From assembly GCA_965116925.1 (NCBI GenBank), contig OZ220744.1:3488001-3552000 (forward strand): a stretch of 64,000 nucleotides of DNA. The letters are read 5' to 3'. Positions 1 to 11,700 of the stretch are shown here, piece after piece (within the stretch, counting starts at the first letter, position 1; each line of letters begins with the position of its first letter). The position numbers and the translations under genes were made by a program. The notes under the pieces are model-generated. The model did no database searches. It saw only the letters and a program-made list of their open reading frames with translations, and was not told where the DNA came from. This DNA is from Candidatus Poribacteria bacterium (GTDB taxonomy: Bacteria; Poribacteria; WGA-4E; PCPOR2b).

Positions 1-179
1 GGGGCTCGTGGTAGATTATAGCGGAAAACATGCTTATAACTCGCTTTTGGTATATGACAATAATAAATTGTCAATTGTTGGCGTAGAACCCCAAAACGAT
101 AGGTGGGGCGTTGCGAAAACTGGGGCACCCATGTACAGTGCTCAAAACGGCTATACAATTTTCGGATAACTTTTTAACT

Positions 180-1022
180 ATGATTGCGATAATTCCGTGC
201 GCGGGGCGAGGGACCCGCCGTCGCCCTGATACAGAACATACTCCCAAAATTCTGCTTGAGCATGAGGGTCAACCCTTGATTGAGCATATTGTTCGCCCGA
301 TTGATGAATCCGGGCGGTTTGATAAAATTGTGTTCGTCCTCAGCTTAAAGCACGGTCAGAAGGTTATCGATCATGTCCACCGTTCCCTTTTGGATACGCC
401 GGTCAAGTTTGTTTGGCAGGACGCGCCGTTGGGGTTCGGCCATGCAGTCCTGCAAGCGCGCGAGGAGGTGTTGACGTGGAGGCGTGGAGGCGTGGAGGCG
501 CGGAAGCGAGTTTTTCCCCCGCTCCCCCGTTCCCTCACACACTCGCTTCCTCTCTTTTCCCCACCTGTGTTGATCCATACGGACGATGCGGTCAACCGTC
601 ACTGCGTGGAAGGCATGAGTCTGATAAGCGCGATAACGTCCAAAAAGGAATCCCAAATCGGGGTTCAGTGGCGGGGGAATGTGAAAAACTACGGCATGGC
701 AATCGTCAGTTATCCCAATGGGCATCTGCCAAGGACGAACTCGCCGACGCCGGGACGGGTGGAGCGGTTGGTAGAGAAACCGTATTGGGATGAGGGCGGA
801 TTGGCGATGACGGGGATTTACTATATCCGTGAGTCGCGGCGGCTGTTCCGGTGCTTGAACAGGTTGGTCAATTCGGGGCGGTGCTTGGGCGGGGAGTACC
901 AGTTCACGCACGCGCTCCAGATGATGGTCGATCAAGGCACGCCGTTTCAGACTTACTATCATGAGTGGGTGGATTGTGGGCAGGCGGGAAAACGGGAAAA
1001 CGGGAGAACGGGAAGAACTTGA
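180..1022 (+). CDS. Sugar-phosphate nucleotidyltransferase (RmlA/GalU-like)
   Basis: IAIIPCAGRGTR...PKILL N-terminal motif, QDAPLGFGHAVLQA, VEKP, GEYQFTHAL, WVDCG. ATG at 180 preferred over TTG at 111. Confidence 0.85.
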   Translation: MIAIIPCAGRGTRRRPDTEHTPKILLEHEGQPLIEHIVRPIDESGRFDKIVFVLSLKHGQKVIDHVHRSLLDTPVKFVWQDAPLGFGHAVLQAREEVLTWRRGGVEARKRVFPPLPRSLTHSLPLFSPPVLIHTDDAVNRHCVEGMSLISAITSKKESQIGVQWRGNVKNYGMAIVSYPNGHLPRTNSPTPGRVERLVEKPYWDEGGLAMTGIYYIRESRRLFRCLNRLVNSGRCLGGEYQFTHALQMMVDQGTPFQTYYHEWVDCGQAGKRENGRTGRT

Positions 1023-1076
1023 CCGCAGAGACGCAGAGCGCACAGAGGGAAATAAGAGGACGGGAAAATCGGTATC

Positions 1077-1418
1077 TCATAGGGCATAGGGGCTTGGTTC
1101 TAATCCTGTGACTATCTTTTGAAACCAGAGATGACTGTTTCCAACAGATGCCTCCTCATCGACAGGAGAGCTTGATTTTAACCGAGGGGTCACCGTTTGA
1201 ATACTAGGTCCCTCCCCATCGGAAACTTGAATGCTTTCAGGCAGTGGACGTCCGAAATCCTCATACAACTCAAGTGTCGCAGCGAAGGCATCCTCAACAT
1301 TGTGTAATGCTTCGTCTACCGAATCGCCTTCGGTGACTAAACCGGGCAGTTCTTCGCATGTTACGGTGTAACCGCCTTCTGGTTGTGGGGTTAAAATTAC
1401 CGTTATCCTGAATTTCAT
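1077..1418 (-). CDS. hicB: HicB-family antitoxin (orphan)
   Basis: EGGYTVTCEELPGLVTEGDSVDEALHNVEDA signature. Confidence 0.85.
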   Translation of the reverse strand: MKFRITVILTPQPEGGYTVTCEELPGLVTEGDSVDEALHNVEDAFAATLELYEDFGRPLPESIQVSDGEGPSIQTVTPRLKSSSPVDEEASVGNSHLWFQKIVTGLEPSPYAL

Positions 1419-1646
1419 AACAATTTCTCCTTGTGCGTGAAAGGTACAAACACCCCTTTTTGAAGGGTAATTTGACAGTATTATATCAGAAAAGTTTTCC
1501 TAGGGCAAACAAATGTATCTCCTGACCAAATCACAACCTCTAAGCATGGGCGAGCGGTTTTCGAGGAGGTATGATAGCGTGAAATGTGAAAAGATTCGCG
1601 ATGATTCGCGGGGATTGGTGGACACAAAAGACCGCCACAAATTAAC

Positions 1647-2363
1647 ATGAAAGGAAATAAATTGAAAAAAATTGGCGTGATTGGAGCAGGGTTGGTTGGC
1701 TCTATTTTCAAGGAGTTGGACGGGTTTCAAGTGGTGCATCGTAACGAGTGGAAAGATGCGATTTGGGACTGGAAGGGTGTGGTGAACTGCGCGGCTATCA
1801 CCGGCTTAGATAAGTGTGAGGAGACAGATTTCGCACAGGTTCTGCGCGCAAATGTGAAGATGCCGATCGACATTGCGGACTATGCCGCAAACCTCCAGAT
1901 CCCGTTTATTCAGTTTTCGACTAGCGCGGTATATCGACTGCCTACTAAGTTTAAGCTGGTGGAAGAAGATGCTCCGCTCTATCCGTACAATACATATTCG
2001 GGTAGTAAGATCCTGATGGAAAGAGTGCTTCCCAAATCGTGTTTTATTTTCCGTATCCCTGTGGTATCGACTGGGTCGGGTGCAGACAACGACTATGCAC
2101 AGAAGGTGAAGCGGTGGACCTATGTCGAGGATGTACACAAAAGCATCGTCTACAAGGATACGCTTATTGAAGCGGTTCGCAGGGCGTTGGGAGCGTACTA
2201 TAAAGCAGGGGTATACAACATCGGGTCGGAGGTTATACATCTGCCTACCTATGTCAAAGAAGAGTTGGGGTGGGAGGGTGAAATCGTTCCGGCGAACTCG
2301 TTGGGCCGGTCCCCAGCGATTGCGTTGGACACATCGAAAGCGAAGGTGCAGGGACTGATATGA
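1647..2363 (+). CDS. NAD-dependent sugar-nucleotide reductase/epimerase (RmlD-like SDR)
   Basis: GVIGAGLVG Rossmann motif, VVNCAA, FSTSAVY, YSGSK catalytic YxxxK. Confidence 0.8.
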   Translation: MKGNKLKKIGVIGAGLVGSIFKELDGFQVVHRNEWKDAIWDWKGVVNCAAITGLDKCEETDFAQVLRANVKMPIDIADYAANLQIPFIQFSTSAVYRLPTKFKLVEEDAPLYPYNTYSGSKILMERVLPKSCFIFRIPVVSTGSGADNDYAQKVKRWTYVEDVHKSIVYKDTLIEAVRRALGAYYKAGVYNIGSEVIHLPTYVKEELGWEGEIVPANSLGRSPAIALDTSKAKVQGLI

Positions 2364-3145
2364 ACGAAATGACTAATCCTTTTTTTATTGCGACCTGCCA
2401 GCGGTCAGGTGGGTTTTTCTTGATGAGTCTTCTCAACTCGACAAAGAAGGTAGGTTATGTACATGAATACTTGTACCACCTTAATGAAGGTTGGGAAGAG
2501 GATAGCCCTACGGATAAAGATATACTATCTGCGTTTGAGCAATTCCATGAAAGCACGAGTGAGATAGCAAGTCCAACGGGGCATTGGGGTACAAAGGTCG
2601 ATATAAGAGAATTTTGGGCTGTGGAGCGTTGGCTTGATTTGAATCAGACAGATCCGCAGTCTGTGAAATGGATTTGGCTTCGCCGACGAAACAAGATTCG
2701 GCAAGCCATTTCTTTAATCAAAGCGCAGGAAACTAAGATATGGCATCTCGATAAAGATGATCCAAAGGATAAGCAGGACTTGGCTCGTGCTGAGAGAGAA
2801 GTTAATTTTGAGAAATTGTGTGTATCAACTATTCGCTTTTTTCTAGGAGATTGTGCATGGTCAAATTTCTTTCAGTTATATGGAGTTGAGCCGCATATCC
2901 TTTATTATGAGGACTTTGTTGATGAATCGATGTGGGAACCGACAGTCGCAGATATTTTCGATTTTATTGAGGTCCCCTATGAATTGCCGTTGAAGGTTTC
3001 AACACACCGCTTAAAGCAGGGTGGAGGCAATGCGCCTGAGAGTTATAAGCACATGGTCAGGGAGATGGAAATGTATGGCATCCCTCTAAAGTATTTAGAT
3101 TTAGATTTAGATAAATATTACGAACTTGACTTGGAGACTTTTTAA
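2360..3145 (+). CDS. Stf0-family sulfotransferase
   Basis: ATCQRSGGFFL PAPS loop, WIWLRRRNKIRQAISLIKAQETKIWH, LYYEDF. Confidence 0.8.
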   Translation: MNEMTNPFFIATCQRSGGFFLMSLLNSTKKVGYVHEYLYHLNEGWEEDSPTDKDILSAFEQFHESTSEIASPTGHWGTKVDIREFWAVERWLDLNQTDPQSVKWIWLRRRNKIRQAISLIKAQETKIWHLDKDDPKDKQDLARAEREVNFEKLCVSTIRFFLGDCAWSNFFQLYGVEPHILYYEDFVDESMWEPTVADIFDFIEVPYELPLKVSTHRLKQGGGNAPESYKHMVREMEMYGIPLKYLDLDLDKYYELDLETF

Positions 3146-4191
3146 TGAGACATCAAGACAAAATAGTTTGTATAGATTCTGAAAAAGCACATCTGTGCCG
3201 ACTGCCAATCTTTGAGATGGATGAGATTCCACCAAGGGTTGAGAATCCAAGCAAAAAAGGGTTGGTAATTATCCCGCTTTTCGGACATATAACGGGTGCG
3301 ACCGACTACGTTGAGTTTTGTGGCTTAATTTCAGCGTTATGGGCGAGGCGGAGTTGGCTGTTAAACTCAGATGCAATGGACTACGGGGTTGAAGTCAAGC
3401 TCTATATGGAGAACCATTTTCGTGAAAATGCGGAAATTATGTCAATCCTCGATACGAGCGGTGTAACAGATGCAGATATCCTATGGTTTGATGGCAGTTC
3501 CGTTGAGGGAGCGGTGCCCGTATCGGATAAAGCAGGAACATACCTTGCGCGAAGTGCTAAAGTATGTACTGTGTATACCAATCGCGAGTTAGAAGATTAT
3601 GATTGGATTTTTATGGCAGATAGTGATCTATTTGTTATCAAAAGCGGTGAAAATCGTCTTCCATTCTTCTCCGATTTCTTCAAGCAAAAGCTACCATATA
3701 ACCTTATGTCATTTTATGTTAATGACAAACCGCCAGCCCCACCGTATCAGACTGAACAGGTTTTACCTCGTGTTCAGCTTTCTAGTGTTGAGGAATGGAA
3801 GTCGGATTTTGAGGCGTTGCTTGGATCGGATATGCTTGACAGATACTGCAATCCGGACCGTTGGTTTATGATACCCCATAGTTCGCTTCATGCGTTTCCA
3901 GCCAAGCACTTCATGCGGGAACGGTAGGACGATTGTGAGTTTTTGATAAAAATTGCTCGGATAATGATTAGCGATGAACAGACACTCAGCGTCTGGCATT
4001 CGCTCGGTCATGAAATAGGTGATTTGAGTAGGACACTTGATAACTGTCCGATGCACATGGTTGTAGAGCCGAATGTGGGATATACAGTTGATGAGGTTCA
4101 CAGATTATTCGATGCAGGTATTCCACATATTGTTCATTTTGGAGCACTCACGCTTGAGTTAATCTGGCGGAAAGGAATTGGTGCACTATGA
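3145..4191 (+). pseudogene. DxD-motif putative glycosyltransferase, paralog 1, interrupted by an in-frame TAG (3925-3927)
   Basis: YDWIFMADSDLF. The frame continues past the stop (ER*DDCEFLIKIAR...LSVWHSLG...WRKGIGAL) and aligns with the intact paralogs at 4993 and 6617. Confidence 0.65.
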
Positions 4192-5012
4192 AAATACTAT
4201 TGACAGGTGATAAAGGATTTGTAGGTAGCCATATTCGTGAGGCATTGACTTTAGAGGAGCATCAAGTTGTAGGGCTTGAAGCATCGCAAGCATTCCATCA
4301 GTGGTGTGATGATTTGCCTCGTATGATACCTGCGGACATAGATGCGGTTGTCCACGTCGGTGCTATAGCAAATAATCAATGTGAAGACCCGAACATATTT
4401 CTCTGGAACTCGTATGCGACACTGCTGTTAGCGCAACACTGCCGGGATCTGCATGGACCTGATTTCCCCTTCATTTTCTTTTCGACTTTCCAGGTGGATG
4501 TCATTCGGATACAACCTGAAAATGCGAGTTGGTACGGCTGGTCAAAGAAATACGCTGAAGACGGTCTGAAAGAAGTTCTGCCCGGCGCAACGATTTTCCG
4601 CCCAAATGTGATGTGGGGCGATGAACGTAATAAAGGGAGTCTTAAAGAGGGATCTGTGCCTTTCCGTCTTGCCAGTCGCAAATTGAAATTTCTCTACACA
4701 CATTGGGGACGATACTATGTGCATATTAGCGATGTGATTGAAGCGGTCAAGATTGCCCTCGGTGAGAAGCTGCGCGGTTGTTTTAGTCTGCTTGGCGAAT
4801 ATTGGTGGAATAAGGATTTGGCAGCACTTACCGACTGGAGGGGCTACGAGTTAATTGACAACAGAAACAGATCCGACAAAATGAAATTCAATTCAATCAT
4901 TTTACCCAATAAGTTACATGAGTTTGTATTGCCACCGAACTGGTCAAGCCAAACATCTTTACCGCAAGAATTCAAAAAATTGGAGTCTCAATATGCAAAT
5001 TATACCGGATAA
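4188..5012 (+). CDS. NAD-dependent epimerase/dehydratase
   Basis: MKILLTGDKGFVGSHI, VVHVGA, YGWSK. Confidence 0.85.
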   Translation: MKILLTGDKGFVGSHIREALTLEEHQVVGLEASQAFHQWCDDLPRMIPADIDAVVHVGAIANNQCEDPNIFLWNSYATLLLAQHCRDLHGPDFPFIFFSTFQVDVIRIQPENASWYGWSKKYAEDGLKEVLPGATIFRPNVMWGDERNKGSLKEGSVPFRLASRKLKFLYTHWGRYYVHISDVIEAVKIALGEKLRGCFSLLGEYWWNKDLAALTDWRGYELIDNRNRSDKMKFNSIILPNKLHEFVLPPNWSSQTSLPQEFKKLESQYANYTG

Positions 5013-6006
5013 GATTCACCTCGCGCAGCTGCCAGACATGGAAGCATCCCAAATTCCGCCGCGTTTGGAAGATTCCTCAACTCGCGGATTGGTGTTGCTT
5101 CCAATTTTTCTTGGCTATCCTAACTTCTTGCCTGACCGAAACTACGTTGCACACCATATTGTCAAATCAGCAATATGGGCTCACCGTTCATGGCTTGTGA
5201 ACTCGGACGCTATGGATTACGGTATTGCGGTTAAACTCTATATTGAAGAATCTGTCAGGGAAAGTGCTATGCCAATTCTTGAGCAGAATTTCATAGATGA
5301 AGCAGATGTCATCTGGTTCGATGGTAGCCAACTCGAAGGCACCCTCGGCAGCGGGATGACGCACGGGATTAAGAAGTGTTCGAGTTACAACGACGATCGG
5401 TTTCAGGATTACGATTGGATTTTTGATGTGGATTCGGATGTGTTTGTCCTTTCGCCGGACGGAGAAAAATATCCGTTTTTCCAGAGGTTTTTCAATAACT
5501 GTCCAGAGAATACTGTCGCAGCCTGTTATGTAAGATCCCCTCTCTCTCAGCCAGAATGTTTAACGCCCATAGATATGGGATGGTGTCTGTTTGAGGAAGA
5601 CACTACAGAAGATTGGCAGCGTCGATTCGAGTCTATTGCAGGCAGAGAGATGCTTGAAAGGTATTTCGATCCGAACACATGGATCATGACTTGTAACGGA
5701 AGCATCATCGGATTTCCTGCTAAAGAGTTTATACGGAACAGGCGATCCGATTGTGACTTCTTTGTTAACACAACTCGCGATCTACTTGATTTGGAAGCCA
5801 CGCTCAGTCTGTGGCATTCGCTTGGTAATCCTATCTTTAATATAACAAATTTCGTGCAGTTGATCATGTACCATGCCCAAGCCGGACAGAATGACAGGGA
5901 TCTGTTTATGCAATGCTATGACGAAGGACCTTTCCTGTTTCATTATTCGTTCACTGGTGAAGGTATCAATCATTTATGGAAAAGAGGAGTCGGATGTACA
6001 AGTTAA
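4993..6006 (+). CDS. DxD-motif putative glycosyltransferase, paralog 2
   Basis: YDWIFDVDSDVF. Shares WAHRSWL.NSDAMDYG and FPAK motifs with its neighbours. Confidence 0.5.
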   Translation: MQIIPDKIHLAQLPDMEASQIPPRLEDSSTRGLVLLPIFLGYPNFLPDRNYVAHHIVKSAIWAHRSWLVNSDAMDYGIAVKLYIEESVRESAMPILEQNFIDEADVIWFDGSQLEGTLGSGMTHGIKKCSSYNDDRFQDYDWIFDVDSDVFVLSPDGEKYPFFQRFFNNCPENTVAACYVRSPLSQPECLTPIDMGWCLFEEDTTEDWQRRFESIAGREMLERYFDPNTWIMTCNGSIIGFPAKEFIRNRRSDCDFFVNTTRDLLDLEATLSLWHSLGNPIFNITNFVQLIMYHAQAGQNDRDLFMQCYDEGPFLFHYSFTGEGINHLWKRGVGCTS

Positions 6007-6620
6007 TTACTTTTGACGGACCATCGGCATCAGGAAAATTTACGAATAGTGTTAAATTGTGCGATTATCTTGGCATTGAGCGAGTGAATGATAGCCTCTT
6101 TACTGTAATGAGGCACATGCTAGACCTAGGGATTTACAGCGATTCGCTCTTGCGTCCAATGATTTGGCTCAATATGGTTAGATTATCATATGCGTTTGAT
6201 TGGAAAAAGAGAGAAGTTTTTACGCTGGGCGGATTTTGGCAATATATCATCAACTTTTTTGCATGGGGCGATATATCAGATGATGACAGAGATGTGCTGA
6301 TGGATGCCTTTGACACTATCATACTAACAAACGCAGAGGACATATATCCGATTTGCTCGTTTTATCTGGATGTAAGTACTTACGAAACTAAAACCCGCTT
6401 TATCAAACGTGAAGCGCGATTGGGCAAACTGCAAGGATTAGAGGATATTCAGATAAAAGGACTAAAGGAGTCACCCCAAAACAGGAAACAAGATGAAAGC
6501 TTTAGAGAAATTGCGAACTGGTTGTCAGGTCGCTATCCATTTTTCCATGTAATTGATGCATCCCAATCGGAAGATGAGGTCTTTGATGAAATTGTTCGTT
6601 TGACGGAGGCAGCGTTATGA
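5994..6620 (+). CDS. P-loop nucleotide kinase (thymidylate-kinase-like)
   Basis: LITFDGPSASGK, FYLDVS, VIDASQSEDEVFDEI. Confidence 0.65.
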   Translation: MYKLITFDGPSASGKFTNSVKLCDYLGIERVNDSLFTVMRHMLDLGIYSDSLLRPMIWLNMVRLSYAFDWKKREVFTLGGFWQYIINFFAWGDISDDDRDVLMDAFDTIILTNAEDIYPICSFYLDVSTYETKTRFIKREARLGKLQGLEDIQIKGLKESPQNRKQDESFREIANWLSGRYPFFHVIDASQSEDEVFDEIVRLTEAAL

Positions 6621-7633
6621 GAGATTCAGGACGGACATACTACAGCGCGAGCGCGAAATCGCATCTTGTGAGGCTTCCAACGCTAACGGTTGAATCGCCG
6701 CGTGTTGAGAATCCATCGAAACGCTTGCTTATGCTCATCCCGCTGACCCGCACTACGAAGAGTTTTCCTTATGTGAAGGAGGCGGGGCTGATTGGTGGGA
6801 TATGGGCGAGACACAGTTGGTTGACCCACACGGATGCGGTCGACCACGGCATTGAGATTAAGTTTTACATTGAAGATGTCCTTAAAGACGATGTAACGCC
6901 CATTTTGGAAGCCAACCGTATAAATGAGAATGATGTGATGTTTTTTGACGGGTCATCATTGGAAAACGACAACATACCCCGCTTGGTTGGCAAGAAATTA
7001 GCATCATTTATCGACCCTCGTTTTCAGGAGTACGACTGGATTTTTGTCATGGATTGCGATATTTTCGCGCTATCTCCAGACGAAAGGCAAATCCCGTTCT
7101 TTAAAAGATTTTTTGAGGGGTGTATTGAAGGCGTTATCGGCAATCTCTATGCGATGGTGCGGGGTATAGGAATCCCTCCCAACTGGGTATCTCGCTTTGG
7201 CAATTTAGATGAGGTGCCGTACGATGAAGCACAAGCTTTGTGGCAGCAGATGGCAGAAACAGTGGTGAGTCCAGAGGTTGTCAACAGGTTTTGGGATAAG
7301 GAGGTTGATTCGATTATTGCCGGTGGGGCGATGCATGCATATCCTGCCAAGTCTATGATGCAAGACAACGAATTGCTGAAATGGTTTCACCGTGCTGCAC
7401 AGATGATGCAGGATGATGAGGCAGTAATCGCGCTTTATCACGCCATGGGCAATCCTGTATGGGATCTAAGAGAGCGTGTGAAGTTTAATGAGGTAATGGT
7501 AGGTCCCACAATTATTGGTTCGGACTACGAAGAGTTTAAGACATTTATAAATGCGGACAAACCTTTTATCTTTCACTATTCGATGAATCCTGTTGAGTTT
7601 TTTTGGCGGTCATGGATTGGAGCTTTAGAATGA
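6617..7633 (+). CDS. DxD-motif putative glycosyltransferase, paralog 3
   Basis: YDWIFVMDCDIF, WARHSWL, YPAK, FWRSWIGAL. Confidence 0.5.
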   Translation: MRDSGRTYYSASAKSHLVRLPTLTVESPRVENPSKRLLMLIPLTRTTKSFPYVKEAGLIGGIWARHSWLTHTDAVDHGIEIKFYIEDVLKDDVTPILEANRINENDVMFFDGSSLENDNIPRLVGKKLASFIDPRFQEYDWIFVMDCDIFALSPDERQIPFFKRFFEGCIEGVIGNLYAMVRGIGIPPNWVSRFGNLDEVPYDEAQALWQQMAETVVSPEVVNRFWDKEVDSIIAGGAMHAYPAKSMMQDNELLKWFHRAAQMMQDDEAVIALYHAMGNPVWDLRERVKFNEVMVGPTIIGSDYEEFKTFINADKPFIFHYSMNPVEFFWRSWIGALE

Positions 7634-8400
7634 CACCTTTTCCCTTTGTACTTGCCACATCTGCTCGCGCCGGTGGTAATTTCCTCATGGATTTATTGAC
7701 ATCAACCGGCAAGGTTGGAGAGGTAAAAGAACGTTTGCAGGAATACACACTTAGAGGTTCACAAGTATCTGATGCAGAAGTTGTAGATATATTTAATACG
7801 GTATACCGGTTGTCAGGAGGAAAAAATTCATGGGGAATGAAGGTGGATATGCGAGACCTGTTCATCTTTGAACATTACTTGCGGGTGCACAAGGTAGACC
7901 CGAAGGCGATTAAATGGATTTGGTTGAAGCGTATCAATAAAGCGAAGCAAACGCTCTCTTATCTGAAAGCGATTGAAACGGGAAGATTTCATCTGTATGC
8001 GGATTCTTCATCTGAAGATTTTGAGCAAGATAGAACGCCGGTCAATTACGATATGCGTTTGTGTAAAGACTATATGTTGAGATTCTTTATCATTGAACAC
8101 ACATGGCTCCACTATTTTCGTCTACACGGTATCACACCGCATACGCTCTACTACGAAGATTTTGTTGATGAATCAACGTGGGAATCAACGGTTGCTGGTA
8201 TCTTTGATTTTCTCGGAGTTCTGTATGAATTGCCGTTAAATGTATCAAGTGAGCATATCCAACAGCATGAGAATCATGCTGATGCTGTTTATGAAGAACT
8301 AAAAAATCTCATGCCGCATTATCCGTATCACTACACTTTCTTTGGTGAGTCCGATAAATCCCCGATAAGATCGGGACAGGCGAGACCAAGAAAAGACTAG
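7630..8400 (+). CDS. Stf0-family sulfotransferase, paralog 2
   Basis: ATSARAGGNFL, WIWLKRINKAKQ, LYYEDFVDES. Clear paralog of 2360..3145. Confidence 0.8.
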   Translation: MTPFPFVLATSARAGGNFLMDLLTSTGKVGEVKERLQEYTLRGSQVSDAEVVDIFNTVYRLSGGKNSWGMKVDMRDLFIFEHYLRVHKVDPKAIKWIWLKRINKAKQTLSYLKAIETGRFHLYADSSSEDFEQDRTPVNYDMRLCKDYMLRFFIIEHTWLHYFRLHGITPHTLYYEDFVDESTWESTVAGIFDFLGVLYELPLNVSSEHIQQHENHADAVYEELKNLMPHYPYHYTFFGESDKSPIRSGQARPRKD

Positions 8401-8763
8401 GGCGTATTGACATTGATATGGGGTGTGTCCACAATCGTAGGTGCTGGCATCCCGATTTATCAGGGGGCGAGGTCTCCTCGCCCGTTGCCCAACGCGGGTT
8501 GGGAGACCCAACCCCTACGAAGATTGATGCGTATACAACCGTAGGGGCGGGGTTCCCCCGCCCGTTGCCAAACAGGTTACGGCCCCATGTTTATCATTTG
8601 GAAAGTAGTTTGTAGGTCGAGATGTGAATCTTGACTGTCGATTTTGGAAAATTGACCTACAGAGGTCCGAACAAAGGGTTGGGGAACCCAACCCCTACAA
8701 GTTAGGTGTCAGCGTAGAAGGGGTCGGTCAAGATGCCCGACCTACGGGAGTAGTCATTTGGTA

Positions 8764-11700
8764 CTATTTGACGATAACCATGCGACGGGTTTGGGTGTAG
8801 GTATCGGTGTTGAGAGTATAGAAATAAACGCCACTACTGACAGATTCCCCTTTTTCATTCCGACCGTCCCAGTAGATGGCTCGTTCGCGGGTGAGGTAGT
8901 ATCCGACCGGCTTGTGTCCGACTTCAATTGTTCGCACCAAATGGCCACGTATGTCGTAGATTTTGACAGTAGCCGTTGACTCTTCCGATAGCTGATACGG
9001 TATCCATGTATCCGGGTTGAACGGGTTGGGGTAGTTGGGCAGGAGTTTGGTCTCTTGGACGTTCCGGTCCGCAACGGCTAGGTAGTGCCGGAGCAGTTCA
9101 ATGGCGATCTGAACGCCGTGTGATTTGTCGGGGATAGTCTCTAATTCGGTCAAAGCACGCTGTGCCGCGATAACCTCTTTGGCGGTGGAGGGGATAGATT
9201 TGATGAGGTCCAACTGGGAAGGTGCGGCGGTGTTTTGACTCAGATGCTCTGCGACAAATACGAGATCCAGCAGGTTGACCACGCCATCTTTGTTGGTGTC
9301 TGCCAATGGGTTGCTGGGTGGTTGCTCTCCGAAACTGCTTGCAACAGTAATGAGGTCGAGGATATTAATCCGTCCATCGAGATTGGCATCGGGGTTGGGA
9401 TCGGCAGAGATGCGGAGGTCCGCCCAAAATGCCCAATCACAAATTGTCGTTTCACCGGGGGCCGTTACCAATTCCAATAGAAGGGGTTGACCGGCAAACT
9501 GGGAGAGGGAGATGCTACCGTCCGTCCAGTCAAAGGTCTTTTTGAAAGTTTCAAAGTAGGTTTGACCGTTGAGGCGGACCTGAAACTCAACCCCATCGCT
9601 GCAGCCTTCATGTAAACCTACCGAGAAGGAGAAGGTGGACGGTTTTTGAGGGAGAAAGAGCGGAAATTGAATAACTGTCTGTCCATGGTCAGGGGGGTAG
9701 GCGGAGATGGTTTCTTTACGGATACCATCAATGGTTGCTGTCCTACGGTTACCTGAATCATGAATACTTCCAAGTTCAAAGATACCGTTAAGTTGAAGTC
9801 CTGCGTTAAATTGTACATCTCTCAGATTATAGGGCAAGCTGGCTTGTTGAACGGGACCGAAGAAGATGACAATCGGTTGAGACAGATCTGTCTCGAAGGC
9901 ATACTGTCCCGAACCGCTGGGGCGAAGGGTATCGGGGAAACTACCTACCGGTGGGGTGGGAAGGGCAAAACCGACGGTCGTCTGTCGATCAGAGGAAGTA
10001 GATTTGAGCTGAAAAAGTGCCGCTTGATCGGTCACACGAGTTTCACTGATGTAAATATCGGGGGATAGCGAGTTAATATGAGGTTGGGAAAAGTCGCGCG
10101 GTGTATTGTCAAGAATATAGTATCTGTTCGGATCCAAGCCGAGGAGAGTTGTATCGTTGTAGGCGCGCCAGAGGGGAAGACTTCGATGCGTTTGCGCTTG
10201 TGTAACGCCGTTGACACGCTCAAATCCATCAGTATTGGGAAGAACAAATACAGAACCGCTGTCGGTGCGTTGATACGTTACAATTTCGCCGGTTTGGGTG
10301 GTGTATTGAAACAGTGTATTGGGTTCCCAATTACAGCTAAAGTAGGGGGTTAACTCTAATGCTTGCCGCGCACGCACATCAGGAAGTATCTGTTGAACAA
10401 GTGGTTCGGTCAAGATTTCTGTTTTATTTATCCAGAGGGAGGGTAGAAACCCTTGGCTCTCAGCAGTATCAAGAAAAGGATGATAAAGCAGATCTCTTGT
10501 GCCAGGCGCTTTAATTCCACCATAGAAACGTGTATATGGCGAAAAAAGGTATGCATTGATGGGATGGACGGGTCCCTTGGTGAAACCGCGTTGGGCAAAA
10601 CTTTCACGGAAGAAGGTGACTTCATGGAGATTTTCGCCCCCGAGAACGACACCGGGCATGGCTTGGGCTAACTCTTTGTGCATCAACGCATTGCCTTGTG
10701 CACCGCTGAGTCCTTCAATTAAACCGTTGCCATCGTTCAGGACGTAGTGACTAGTATCCAGATGGAAGGCATCAATATTGTATTTCTCCCAGACTGCCTT
10801 GAGGCGTTGGACGATCAGGTTGCGCCATCTGGAACTGGCGGGGTTAATGTGGGCATTACGTTCTGGATTGTCTGTTTCATGCCAGAGCCAACCCGTTAAC
10901 TTTTCCGTCCAAGGGTCTCGATACTGAAATCTTTGAAATTCGGGATAAAGGGGATGGTTGGGTCCCATGTCATGGAGACTAGCATGCAGCATAACCCGAA
11001 ATCCATGCTGACGGGCGGTTTCAAGGAATTCATCAAAGTTTTCGTGGGGGGTGTAGTCGGGATAGTTAATGGGGTGTCTGTCTTTGCGCCAGTCTGTCAG
11101 ATAAAGGAGGGTTTTGGTCGGATCCACGACTTCTGCCAGATTCGGCAACAGTTCTGCATTTAATCTAGAATGTGAAATGACCAAGCCAATATCGCTGACC
11201 CATGAGGGCACATCTGAAAGGTGCCACGGGTCGAATGCTCCTTCCATCCAATTTCGATGAATCTGTGCAGGGACACACCAATCCCCGGCGTAGGTGTTGA
11301 ATCGCCATATAATAGATTCTGCTGAAGTGAGTGAGTCCCATGGTGAGTGATTCGCAGTTCTGAAACCGAGGTTGAAACTGTTGTCGGGATTACGTCCATA
11401 ATCCAACTCTTTGAATTGGAAGGTGTTGTCTGTCCCTCGAACATAAAATCCGCCGCGTGCCGATTCGACAATGGCGAGTTGTGCTTCCCAATGAGAGCTG
11501 GGATAGCGAAAAAGTTCACGTTCAATTGCATAGTTAGTATCAATAACCTGTCGGCTTTTTGCTGGAAGGATAAGCCTAAGATTTGAGAAGTTCAAGCTAT
11601 CAATACCCCACTGGATAGCATAGACACCGGGTGTATCGGATGCACAATTGCCTGAGATGAGCAGTTCGTCGGTATTAGGGTCAATAGCGATGAGGAGCCT

